Below, piece by piece: positions 9,084 through 18,133 of a stretch of DNA of 64,000 nt. The translations under genes were made by a program, and so were the position numbers. The notes below the pieces were generated by a model that did not search any database, had not been told where the DNA came from, and saw only the letters and a program-made list of their open reading frames with translations. Position 1 is the stretch's first letter. Each line of letters opens with the position of its first letter. Source of the DNA: Thermodesulfobacteriota bacterium (lineage in GTDB: Bacteria > Desulfobacterota > Desulfobulbia > Desulfobulbales > SURF-16); NCBI GenBank assembly GCA_039715015.1, contig JBDLIE010000002.1:69422-133421 (forward strand), in the 5' to 3' direction.

Positions 9084-9467
9084 TTGATTTCAGCAAGAAA
9101 CAATAAAGTCTTGATTGTTGATGACCAGCCACTTAACAGGCTTTTTCTTGCCGACCTTCTCAAGATGCATGAGATCAATCCCACCGAAGCCACCAATGGC
9201 AACGAGGCTGTCCAGCAGTGGCTTAAAAATGATTATGCAGTCATTCTGATGGATATCAAAATGCCAGACCTAAATGGCATTGATGCCACACGGATCATCC
9301 GACAGAAAGAAATGGAACAGGGTTTAGCCAAAACACCGATTATAGCTGTTACCGCTTACGGGACCAAAGAAACCCAGAATGATTGCCGGAATGCCGGCAT
9401 GGATGGCTATATCCCCAAGCCGGTTAATGTATCAGATCTCCTCGAAATGATAGAAAACCTTCATTGA
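9084..9467 (+). CDS. single-domain (CheY-like) response regulator
   Basis: VLIVDD...MDIKMP...IIAVTA...PKP, with no output domain. TTG start follows a AAGGAG RBS. Confidence 0.9.
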   Translation: MISARNNKVLIVDDQPLNRLFLADLLKMHEINPTEATNGNEAVQQWLKNDYAVILMDIKMPDLNGIDATRIIRQKEMEQGLAKTPIIAVTAYGTKETQNDCRNAGMDGYIPKPVNVSDLLEMIENLH

Positions 9468-9603
9468 TTTCTTTCTTCATTTCTTCTTTCCCCCTCCTTT
9501 TTTTGACTCAGCCCATCGTTTCTTGAGCTCTCTCTACATTGAGCCCCAAACAAACAAGGCGCGATTTTTCACAAATTACCACCTAGGCCGGAAGTTAATA
9601 ATT

Positions 9604-10566
9604 TCAGTCGTTAGCTGGAAAATTTTCCGTCACTATACGCACCATATTGCTGCGAGGAAATTCCTTTTTCAAAAGAGACTTCAAGTTCTTTTTAAGTTTC
9701 CCAACCCCAACCTCAAACTCATCCACCGAGAAACCCTTTTCCTTGATTAAAACCCGTTGCTGATCAAGCTTGACCAAGGTCAGAGAGCGGTCACGTTTAT
9801 AGGTCAACAAAACAAGTGATCCTCCCTCATTAAGTTGAGACATTTTCTGGATTACAACAGGCACCACATTAGCAATATCCACCATTATTTCTTCACTCAC
9901 ACTGGTTAATGAATCACGCTCCAAAAGCGCTTGTTCTTCCATCTCAAAATCTGCTGCCATGCTCATTTGCTTTGAAGCTGCATCTTTACGTTTTCTTGGA
10001 GCTACAGACCTTACCTCTGGAGAAGCGGGCATTTCATTTTTCTTTGCCTCTTGCTGAAAGACAAGTGCCGGGGCCGGCATTGGCTCTTCTTCAGTCACCA
10101 AACTTTTCCCTTGCTGCGGCGCTTCAACGATTGCATCTTCACTAGACATAGGCAACTGTGGGGTGTCCTCGGTAATTATAGGAGAAGTTGCCTTATGCTC
10201 CACCGGAGGTGGCGGCGCAAGATTGATGTAGAGGAGAATACTAGCTGCCGCTGCAAGCAACGAACCTGCAGTGGCAAAACTAAGTGCTCGCTTTGCAAGC
10301 CATGGGCCTTTAATGACCTTTCCTGAACCAGCAAAATTTTCCATACTTAAAAGACGCCACTCATCATAGCAGGATTGACATTCTGCCAAATGGGCAAGAC
10401 AATGCTGTCTCTCCACCTCTGAGAGAGAGCCATCAACCAGCAATGCCATCTTGTCAGAAGTCAGACAGTTACCACTTTTAACGTCCTTGCTGGCTGCAAG
10501 CGCCGTCAGGGCTGTGGCCTTATTTGATTCTGTAAAAAGGTTGTCTTGCTTACTCACCAATCCCAC
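9604..10566 (-). CDS. putative zinc-finger (ZAS/zf-HC2) transmembrane anti-sigma factor
   Basis: HxxxCxxC (HLAECQSC), one TM helix, then a Pro/Glu-rich extracytoplasmic region. Located directly downstream of a sigma-like gene. Confidence 0.7.
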   Translation of the reverse strand: MGLVSKQDNLFTESNKATALTALAASKDVKSGNCLTSDKMALLVDGSLSEVERQHCLAHLAECQSCYDEWRLLSMENFAGSGKVIKGPWLAKRALSFATAGSLLAAAASILLYINLAPPPPVEHKATSPIITEDTPQLPMSSEDAIVEAPQQGKSLVTEEEPMPAPALVFQQEAKKNEMPASPEVRSVAPRKRKDAASKQMSMAADFEMEEQALLERDSLTSVSEEIMVDIANVVPVVIQKMSQLNEGGSLVLLTYKRDRSLTLVKLDQQRVLIKEKGFSVDEFEVGVGKLKKNLKSLLKKEFPRSNMVRIVTENFPAND

Positions 10567-10620
10567 CTATATTTTTCAATAATCCCATACTGCCATAGAC
10601 GGACATATCAAACATCTTTG

Positions 10621-11478
10621 TCAACATTCTTGGTTTAATAACAACAGTAGTTCTTCCGCCAGCCCTGCATCAGTAAATGTTTTTTTGAGTCGTAATAAGA
10701 GGCGGCGCATCTTACCGTGGGCCTGATGAACTGTCAGTTTAAGGAGCTTGGCGGCCTGGGAAACAGAAAGCTCATCTTGAAAACAGAGCTTCAACAGCAA
10801 CCTCTCCTCAGCGCTCATAGATATCGAAATATCCATTACTCCGCGAAAAGAGTCATTCATGGAAGGGGTAACAGGTTGGTCCTGGAGAAGGTTTTGGAAG
10901 ATGATGGCAAAAAGAATACCCCGCTCCTTTTTTTCCAAGTCTGCCACTTGGCTTTCCTGACCCGGAGAAGGTTCACAGTCCATATCGCCATCGCTGGTAA
11001 GATCTTCCTTACCGCTATATTTCCCGCAGTCGGTTATTTCAGACAGGATACGCGAGGCTGCCTCTTCAGCATCAAAATGGACGTCGGGACCACACGTTTC
11101 CAGGCGGTTTAAAGCATCGGGCAAGGATTGGCGCTCTAGACACAAGAAACGATAGAGAACAAGCCACCAGCCTCCAAGCTTTGTGAGCCAAGAGGGAGGT
11201 CGCAATCGCCCAAATCGACTCCGACTGAAATCCTCAAAGAGGCGGCAGGTCACCGAACCGAGATAGCTCGAAAATCGGGCCCGGCCGGAAAACCCGGCAA
11301 GACGTTTACCATCGCCATCCTGCAATTTCTCCAGGGCATAGACCACAGCCTCCTCAGCCAGGCCAGGATCGTTAAAACGCCTGGCTGCCAAGCGATCAAG
11401 CAAGGCGAGATGGTCATGGATTTTCTCTACAAGTTTTTTCGACACAGACACATATCCAAGCCACAGGGCAACCTTCAT
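10621..11478 (-). CDS. ECF-type sigma-70 factor
   Basis: Region 2-like segment (AEEAVVYALEKL...FSGRARFSSYL...RLFED) and region 4-like HTH (SAEERLLLKLCFQDELSVSQAAKLL). Start position uncertain. Confidence 0.7.
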   Translation of the reverse strand: MKVALWLGYVSVSKKLVEKIHDHLALLDRLAARRFNDPGLAEEAVVYALEKLQDGDGKRLAGFSGRARFSSYLGSVTCRLFEDFSRSRFGRLRPPSWLTKLGGWWLVLYRFLCLERQSLPDALNRLETCGPDVHFDAEEAASRILSEITDCGKYSGKEDLTSDGDMDCEPSPGQESQVADLEKKERGILFAIIFQNLLQDQPVTPSMNDSFRGVMDISISMSAEERLLLKLCFQDELSVSQAAKLLKLTVHQAHGKMRRLLLRLKKTFTDAGLAEELLLLLNQEC

Positions 11479-11624
11479 TCACAAACCAGAAACTCTCAAA
11501 ACTTTACTCATTTGCTCGCAAAAACTCCAAGGCTGTTTTTTTCACGACAAAAGAGAATCAGCTGTCCGTCCCCTAAGACAGATGATGTGGAAACTGACGT
11601 TAATTTCAACAAAAGGAGATTCAA

Positions 11625-13325
11625 ATGAAAACAAGAAAATATCTGGCCATTCTCTTTCTTCCTCTTGCCTTGGCAGCCTGCCAGTCCGAAAAAACCGCCC
11701 GGCAAGACCTTGTCCAACCCGAGGAGGAAAGAGTAATGCTTGCCCCTGTCCGCACCCCTCATCCCCAGATCCCCGCCCCTGTAGAAATGAAAAAAAACAA
11801 AGAACACCTGCTCAGTGCGGATATGGCAATGCCTGCCTCCACCATGGCTGCACCAGGAAAGACCGCGCATTACGAGATGGGCCGCCAAAAGGCACGGCAC
11901 GAATGGAACAGAGAATCCTACAGCTATAATGAGGAACAAGGTTTTCAGAACGTCCACAACGATCCGCTCTCCACCTTTTCCATCGATGTTGACACAGCAG
12001 CCTACAGTAATATCAGGCGTTTCATTAATCAGGGAAGTATGCCGCCTGTGGGGGCCGTCCGCATCGAAGAGATGCTTAATTATTTCAGCTACAACTACCC
12101 CCAGCCTAGCAAAGGGCCTTTTTCGGTAACCACAGAGGTAGGTCCCTGTCTTTGGGAAACAGATCATAAATTGGTTCGTATCGGCCTTAAGGGCAAGGAT
12201 ATTGAAAAGGGCAATCTGCCCCCTTCAAATCTGGTCTTTCTTATAGATGTCTCAGGCTCCATGCAGGCCGCCAACAAACTGCCTCTGCTCAAAAAATCCA
12301 TGCAGATGCTGGTGAACCAGCTCGGCGAAAAAGATCGGGTGGCAATTGTTGTCTATGCAGGTTGTGACCGGGTGGTGTTGCCACCCACGAGTGGCAATGA
12401 CAAAAAAACCATCATAAAGGCCATTGATAATCTTACGGCAGGGGGATCCACCAATGGTGCTAGTGGTATTATTACCGCCTATAATCTTGCCGAGCGTGTT
12501 TTAATGCCATCCGGCAATAACCGCATCATCCTTGCTTCGGACGGCGACTTTAATGTTGGCGTTACCAGCCGTGGCGAACTTCAAAAGCTTGTGGAGAAAA
12601 AGAGCAAATCAGGGATTTACCTCACCGTCCTAGGATTCGGCATGGGGAACTACCATGATGACACCATGGAGATTCTTGCCGACAAGGGCAATGGCAACTA
12701 TGCCTATATCGATAATCTGATGGAAGCCAAAAAGGTCCTTGTTAAAGAGATGACCGGCACCATGTTCGCCATTGCCAAGGATGTTAAAATCCAGGTGGAG
12801 TTTAACCCGGCTCAGGTGGCGGCATATCGTCTGGTTGGCTACGAAAATAGAATGCTTGCTGATGAAGATTTCAATAACGACAAGAAAGATGCCGGCGAGA
12901 TCGGCGCCGGCCATACCGTGACTGCGCTCTATGAGTTGATCATGGCCGGAGGCAAAGACCTCCCGGCCATCGACCCCTTGAAATACCAACGACCAAGCAG
13001 TGCAAAAATTGCCGCCGCCAATGATTATGGCGATGAACTTCTCACCGTGAAGATACGTTACAAAAAACCAAATAAAAAGACCAGTAACCTGATGAGTGTT
13101 GTGGTCAAGAAAAGTTCAGAGCGTCTGGCTGACACCTCCGGCGACTTCCATTTTGCCTCAGCCGTGGCAGGGTTTGGCATGGTGCTTACTGATTCGGCCC
13201 ATAAGAAGAAGCTGTCCTACGAAACTATCATTGCCTCAGCCCAACATGGTCGAGGCAGAGATATGAACGGCTACCGGGCAGAGTTCGTCCGCCTTGTGGA
13301 AAACAGTGAACTGCTGAACCAATAG
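11625..13325 (+). CDS. VWA-domain lipoprotein, YfbK family
   Basis: Lipobox LAAC, PLSTFSIDVDTAAY, VRIEEMLNYF, MIDAS motif DVSGSM, SDGDFNVG, YRLVGYENR...DAGEIG. Confidence 0.9.
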   Translation: MKTRKYLAILFLPLALAACQSEKTARQDLVQPEEERVMLAPVRTPHPQIPAPVEMKKNKEHLLSADMAMPASTMAAPGKTAHYEMGRQKARHEWNRESYSYNEEQGFQNVHNDPLSTFSIDVDTAAYSNIRRFINQGSMPPVGAVRIEEMLNYFSYNYPQPSKGPFSVTTEVGPCLWETDHKLVRIGLKGKDIEKGNLPPSNLVFLIDVSGSMQAANKLPLLKKSMQMLVNQLGEKDRVAIVVYAGCDRVVLPPTSGNDKKTIIKAIDNLTAGGSTNGASGIITAYNLAERVLMPSGNNRIILASDGDFNVGVTSRGELQKLVEKKSKSGIYLTVLGFGMGNYHDDTMEILADKGNGNYAYIDNLMEAKKVLVKEMTGTMFAIAKDVKIQVEFNPAQVAAYRLVGYENRMLADEDFNNDKKDAGEIGAGHTVTALYELIMAGGKDLPAIDPLKYQRPSSAKIAAANDYGDELLTVKIRYKKPNKKTSNLMSVVVKKSSERLADTSGDFHFASAVAGFGMVLTDSAHKKKLSYETIIASAQHGRGRDMNGYRAEFVRLVENSELLNQ

Positions 13326-13362
13326 AACTCTCGGGGACAGAATTTAATTCTGTCCCCTTCTC

Positions 13363-13560
13363 CTAATTCTCCACGGTCTCGCCACGCTCCCGCTGATATT
13401 TGTCAAACCTTTCCCGCTCGTCACAATTATCATCCAAACGATCATCGCAACGCTGAACCTTGATGCTCTGCAGGGTCTCAAACGCCGCCCGTTTCGCCTC
13501 TTCCTTAGTACACGAGCAGCAACATAACGCAAGGAACACACAGCACAGAAGAAATCGCAT
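13363..13560 (-). CDS. small putative lipoprotein
   Basis: Hydrophobic N-terminus ending in a Cys-rich lipobox-like CCSC, with a GAGG RBS. The mature part is short and charged with two Cys. Confidence 0.55.
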   Translation of the reverse strand: MRFLLCCVFLALCCCSCTKEEAKRAAFETLQSIKVQRCDDRLDDNCDERERFDKYQRERGETVEN

Positions 13561-13665
13561 ACCACGCTACCTCATTGTTTTTTTCTCTTGGCATCCTTTT
13601 TCGCCCCAGTATCAAAAGTCTCATTCAATTCAGCCCCATAGCTGCTGATATGGTATGTTTACAAT

Positions 13666-14439
13666 ATGAAAGTGCTTCTTACCAACGATGACGGGCCAAA
13701 CTCTCCCCTCTTGGCATGTGCCTTAGAGACGCTTACAGAACTGAAGGGAATCGATACTCTCAAAACAGCAATCCCTGATTCTGAGCAAAGCTGGAAAAGT
13801 CACGCCATGAGCGGTCATGGCTCCATCAATCCCCGTGAAACTAAAATCGGTGCTGCCCATGTCACCCTGGTGGACGGAACCCCTGCCGATTGCGTGGACT
13901 GGGCCATGCACAATCTCTTTTCCAACGATGAGTGGCCTGATCTTGTCATCTCGGGAGTGAATTGTGGCAAGAATACCGGCTTAGGATTTGTTTTAAGCTC
14001 TGCGACGATTGGCGCCTGTCTTCACGCAAATGTAGCAGATCCTCCACGCCCAGGATTAGCCTTATCACAAGACTTTCAAGACCTTGCTTACGGTGCTGCT
14101 GTTAAGGCAGGAGAAGTATCGTCGCAAAAACTAGATGCATTACAGAGGCAGGTTGCCAAACACATAAAAAAAATCTGGGCATATCTCAGCGCTGACGGAA
14201 AATCCCTGCAGCGCCCTGTAACCTGGAACGTTAATCTCCCCGAGATATCTGCCGCCGATTTACAGATAGTTGAAACACCAATCGGCGATAGTCGCCTGGA
14301 GCAATGTTTTCGTGAAAAAGGCGGACGGTACGAGCACTCCCTGGCACGATACAACGAAGACCCCAACCCCCTCTCAGATGGGGCTGTTCTCGCGCAAGGC
14401 CATATCACCCTTAGTCAGATCGACATAAGGCGATTATGA
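13666..14439 (+). CDS. surE: SurE-family 5'/3'-nucleotidase (divergent)
   Basis: LLTNDDG, GTPADCV, PDLVISGVNCGKN, NVNLP. Confidence 0.8.
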   Translation: MKVLLTNDDGPNSPLLACALETLTELKGIDTLKTAIPDSEQSWKSHAMSGHGSINPRETKIGAAHVTLVDGTPADCVDWAMHNLFSNDEWPDLVISGVNCGKNTGLGFVLSSATIGACLHANVADPPRPGLALSQDFQDLAYGAAVKAGEVSSQKLDALQRQVAKHIKKIWAYLSADGKSLQRPVTWNVNLPEISAADLQIVETPIGDSRLEQCFREKGGRYEHSLARYNEDPNPLSDGAVLAQGHITLSQIDIRRL

Positions 14440-14482
14440 CCATGGGGTGAAGACACCGCGGCCAGAATCTGACCCCTATCCC

Positions 14483-14683
14483 CTACTCCTGATTTTCTCC
14501 AGAGTCCTTATATTTTTCCTCTGCCAATTTCTGAACATCCTTCGCCTTATCAAGGGACTGCTGGATATAATCCGTGGCCTTGTCGGCCTTTTTCTCGTTG
14601 AACTTATCAATTTTCTCCTGTTGATTATCGCTACAGGCGGCAAGGCCCAAAACCAGAAAAAAACAAAGGCTAATGATCTTCAT
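14483..14683 (-). CDS. small lipoprotein
   Basis: Lipobox LAAC, AAGGAG RBS, helical charged mature region. Confidence 0.7.
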   Translation of the reverse strand: MKIISLCFFLVLGLAACSDNQQEKIDKFNEKKADKATDYIQQSLDKAKDVQKLAEEKYKDSGENQE

Positions 14684-14812
14684 GTCGACTCCTTTCTATA
14701 AATGTCGTTAAAACTCATGCGCTTGAAGATGAGTTTAAGAAACCTGTAAACAAAATGTATAGCCATTACCAAGGGATCCTCAAGCAACTTCCTTAATTGA
14801 CCTGATTGACAT

Positions 14813-14855
14813 AAAAAGGGGCTGTTCAGATAATTTCCACTATGTCAACAGCCCC
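14813..14855 (-). terminator. rho-independent terminator of ilvC
   Basis: GGGGCTGTT...AACAGCCCC inverted repeat with an A-tract on the left, which is the U-tail on the minus strand. Confidence 0.65.
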
Positions 14856-14905
14856 AATTAGGCCAGCATATAAACAACGTTGTGCTGTAATTCTTTGCCA
14901 AACTA

Positions 14906-16378
14906 CTAAATAATAGGTTTCATAGCACTCATATAAGAGCGAAGCTCTTCGCCGACAGCCTCAACACCGGTATAACGAATTGCCTCGTTGGCACGGATGA
15001 GCTCAACATTGTCCACACCGTTGTCCTTAACGGTGAGGCCTTTGCCGATCACGTCGGTGTCGATCTTCTTCATGAAGTCCTGCAAAAGGGGCAGGCAGGC
15101 ATGGTTGAAGAGGTAGCAGCCGTATTCAGCGGTATCGGAGATAACAACATTCATCTCATAAAGCTTCTTACGGGCGATGGTGTTGGCAATCAGTGGTACC
15201 TCGTGCAAAGACTCATAATAGGCAGACTCTTCTTTGATGCCGGCGGAAACCATAGTGTCAAAGGCAAGCTCGACACCAGCCTTGACCATGGCAACCATGA
15301 GGATGGCGTTGTCAAAATATTCCTGCTCAGTGATATCCATATCACCGGACACTGACTTCTCAAAAGCAGTCTCACCGGTCTCAGCGCGCCAGCCAAGAAG
15401 ATTCTTATCGTCGTTTGCCCAGTCTTCCATCATGGTGCTGGAGAAGTGGCCGCTCATGATGTCGTCCATGTGTTTATGGAAGAGAGGCTCCATGATCTCC
15501 TTTAACTCCTCAGCCAGATTGAAAGCTTTGATCTTGGCAGGGTTGGAAAGACGATCCATCATATTGGTGATACCGCCGTGCTTAAGGGCCTCGGTAATGG
15601 TCTCCCAACCGTACTGAATGAGCTTAGAGGCGTAGCCCGCGTCAATGCCCTTTTCCTTCATCTTGTCGTAGCAAAGAAGCGAGCCGGTCTGTAGCATACC
15701 GCAGAGGATGGTCTGCTCGCCCATGAGATCAGATTTAACCTCGGCCACGAAGGAGGATTGCAGACAACCAGCCCGGTCGCCGCCGGTGCCAGCAGCATAG
15801 GCCTTGGCCAGATCCCAGCCTTTGCCTTTGGGATCATTCTCACGATGCACAGCAATAAGGGTGGGAACGCCAAAGCCGCGCTTGTACTCCTCGCGCACCT
15901 CAGTGCCAGGGGACTTAGGGGCCACCATGATAACGGTGAGATCTTCGCGGATCTGCATACCCTCTTCAACGATGTTAAAACCGTGGGAGTAAGAAAGGCA
16001 GGCATCCTGCTTCATCAACGGCATAACAGCGGCAACAACGTTGCTGTGCTGCTTGTCCGGGGTGAGGTTGATAACAACATCGGCGCTGGGGATCAGCTCC
16101 TCATAGGGACCGACGGTGAAACCGTTTTCAGAGGCGTTTTTCCAGCTTTGACGTTTCTCGTCAATGGCTGCCTGACGCAGGGTGTAGGATACGTCAAGAC
16201 CACTGTCACGCAGATTCAAGCCCTGGTGAAGGCCCTGGGCACCGCAACCAACGATAACGATTTTCTTGCCTTTCAGCGCTTCAACGCCGTTGAACTCGGA
16301 AGAATCCATAAAGCGGCACTGACCAAGCTCCTCAAGCTGCAGCCGAAGCGGCAGGGTATTAAAATAATTCTGTCCCAT
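14906..16378 (-). CDS. ilvC: ketol-acid reductoisomerase, long (class II) form
   Basis: [12 protein letters not shown] start with [26 protein letters not shown], and a duplicated C-terminal domain. 490 aa. Confidence 0.97.
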   Translation of the reverse strand: MGQNYFNTLPLRLQLEELGQCRFMDSSEFNGVEALKGKKIVIVGCGAQGLHQGLNLRDSGLDVSYTLRQAAIDEKRQSWKNASENGFTVGPYEELIPSADVVINLTPDKQHSNVVAAVMPLMKQDACLSYSHGFNIVEEGMQIREDLTVIMVAPKSPGTEVREEYKRGFGVPTLIAVHRENDPKGKGWDLAKAYAAGTGGDRAGCLQSSFVAEVKSDLMGEQTILCGMLQTGSLLCYDKMKEKGIDAGYASKLIQYGWETITEALKHGGITNMMDRLSNPAKIKAFNLAEELKEIMEPLFHKHMDDIMSGHFSSTMMEDWANDDKNLLGWRAETGETAFEKSVSGDMDITEQEYFDNAILMVAMVKAGVELAFDTMVSAGIKEESAYYESLHEVPLIANTIARKKLYEMNVVISDTAEYGCYLFNHACLPLLQDFMKKIDTDVIGKGLTVKDNGVDNVELIRANEAIRYTGVEAVGEELRSYMSAMKPII

Positions 16379-16518
16379 TGTCTTTCTCCTAATCGTAGTT
16401 TTTACAGGTATCCTGCCCATAAACGAACTTTTTGGGCAGAACACCTTTATGTCTTTGGAATACCGACCACAGTAAACTTTTTTATCATTGCGTCAAGTGA
16501 ATTATATGGCATACTGTT

Positions 16519-16533
16519 TTGCGAAAAATGCAA
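16519..16533. promoter_or_regulatory. LysR-type (IlvY) operator dyad
   Basis: TTGC-GAAAAAT-GCAA, containing T-N11-A, in the divergent ilvC/ilvY intergenic region. Confidence 0.7.
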
Positions 16534-16569
16534 CACAAACTTGCCCACTGAAATCACAATTTAAAGATA

Positions 16570-17454
16570 ATGAATATCAGAGAAATACAACTTTTTCAGC
16601 ATTTAAGCGACACACTCCACTTTGGCCGCACAAGCAGGGCCTGCAACATAACGCCCTCAGCCCTTACCCGCACTGTCCAACGCCTTGAAGCAGAGGTGGG
16701 CGAGCAGCTTTTTATCCGCGATAACCGCAGTGTTTCATTGACCCCGGCAGGAGAACTTTTCAAAAAATACGCTGAGGAAACATCAGCAAAATGGCAAGAC
16801 TTACAGAACCAACTGGCTGGTGACAATCTGCTCGGCGGAGAGATTTCCCTCTACTGTTCAGTAACAGCCGCCTACGGCATTTTGCCGAGCATTCTCGGAA
16901 TATTCCGAAAGGCATACCCTTCTGTGCATATCAATCTCCAAACAGGTGATGCTGCCCAAGCCTTAACAAAACTACTTAATGGTGAGGTGGATGTGACTAT
17001 TGCCGCTCTGCCCAAAAAACAGCCCAAAGGAATTTCATGTCAACGGATAATTGACACACCCTTAGTCTTCATTGCTCCCTCAAATTTTCCAGAGACTGTT
17101 GTCATGAAAGGCGAAGATATTGATTGGTCCGAGACTCCTATCATTATGGCTGAACAAGGCCTAAGCCGTGATCGCATTGAGCGCTGGTTTGTTGAAAAGA
17201 AAATCCAACCTAATATCTACGCCCAGGTGGCAGGTAACGAGGCCATCATCGCCATGGTCAGCCTAGGTTGTGGCGTGGGCGTGGTTCCCCAACTCGTCAT
17301 TGAAAAGAGCCCTATGCAGGATCAAATACTGATACTTGATGTAACACCCCTATTAACTCCCTTTACCATAGGTATCTGCACAGCAAAAAAGAACATGGCC
17401 CACCCTAAAATTCAGGCTTTTTGGGAGATTGTTGAAAAGGAAACAGGGAGATAG
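16570..17454 (+). CDS. ilvY: LysR-family activator IlvY
   Basis: LysR HTH (LHFGRTSRAC), FIRDNRSV, YCSVTA, IYAQVAGNEAI; divergent from ilvC. Confidence 0.93.
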   Translation: MNIREIQLFQHLSDTLHFGRTSRACNITPSALTRTVQRLEAEVGEQLFIRDNRSVSLTPAGELFKKYAEETSAKWQDLQNQLAGDNLLGGEISLYCSVTAAYGILPSILGIFRKAYPSVHINLQTGDAAQALTKLLNGEVDVTIAALPKKQPKGISCQRIIDTPLVFIAPSNFPETVVMKGEDIDWSETPIIMAEQGLSRDRIERWFVEKKIQPNIYAQVAGNEAIIAMVSLGCGVGVVPQLVIEKSPMQDQILILDVTPLLTPFTIGICTAKKNMAHPKIQAFWEIVEKETGR

Positions 17455-17487
17455 TCGGAGAAAAGCTCAGAAGCTAAGCCATGGTTC

Positions 17488-17820
17488 TTATTGTCGCCAG
17501 CTAAGCGCCCCCAAATATTTCACCAGCACCATTGCCAGTCTGCAGGAGGTTATACCAAACGAGGCTTCGTCGTGGAGCTGTTCAAGAATTTCCTCCTTGA
17601 AATCATAAAGATCCTCTGGCCCTAAATGTAATTCATTAAGGCTCTGGCTGTGGATTTCAGCCCATTCATCAATGACCCATTCTCCCTCAATGATGCGATC
17701 CATCTTACCGATGGAGTAGCCGTAGAGAGTGGCTACGTAATCGGCCGCTTGAATAACAGATAAGGGCTTAACTGGCAGGTTTTTTTGTAGTTTTGCCGGG
17801 GAGGCGTGATAAGGATGCAA
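17488..17820 (-). pseudogene. possible HDOD-domain C-terminal remnant or hypothetical protein
   Basis: YHASP...LSVIQAADYVA resembles the HH.P...AD.LA end of HDOD proteins (compare YHHSP...CLADTLA in 25911..26807). No good start or RBS. It abuts the tRNA terminator. Confidence 0.35.
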
Positions 17821-17837
17821 AACCGCCGCTAAAAAGA

Positions 17838-17868
17838 AAACCCCGAAAGCCTTGAGCTATCGGGGTTT
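17838..17868 (-). terminator. terminator downstream of tRNA-Leu
   Basis: AAACCCCGA...TCGGGGTTT hairpin followed by TTCTTTTT on the minus strand. Confidence 0.75.
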
Positions 17869-17902
17869 ACCTGACATTCTCGGACGAGAATGGGTTTAGC
17901 AA

Positions 17903-17990
17903 TGGTGCCTGGAGCGAGAATCGAACTCGCACGGGCGCAAGGCCCACGAGATTTTAAGTCTCGGGTGTCTACCAATTCCACCATCCAGGC
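17903..17990 (-). tRNA. tRNA-Leu (TAA)
   Basis: GCCTGGATGGTGGAATTGGTAGACACCCGAGAC-TTAAAA-TCTCG...GTTCGATT...TCCAGGC-ACCA. Acceptor stem, anticodon TAA, long variable arm, T-loop and encoded CCA are all present. Confidence 0.97.
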
Positions 17991-18133
17991 AACAGGTGGT
18001 TTTTAGCATATTGCTGTTTTCATATCAAGAAACAAAACCCCACCCGAGTCGTCAACCACTTCTTCTTTCTTTCAAACTGTTGTCTGGCCCCTTGGCCATC
18101 AGCCTCCCCCTCCGGCAAACCGCGTTCATACTC

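Noticed and set aside
13363..13560. Cys-rich small ORF considered as a substrate for the SPASM maturase
   Set aside because: Most Cys residues lie in a signal-peptide/lipobox region, and it is over 11 kb from the maturase. A lipoprotein is the simpler reading.
1..17990. Intact prophage or integrative element anchored at tRNA-Leu
   Set aside because: No integrase, transposase, phage genes or att-like duplication found in the window.
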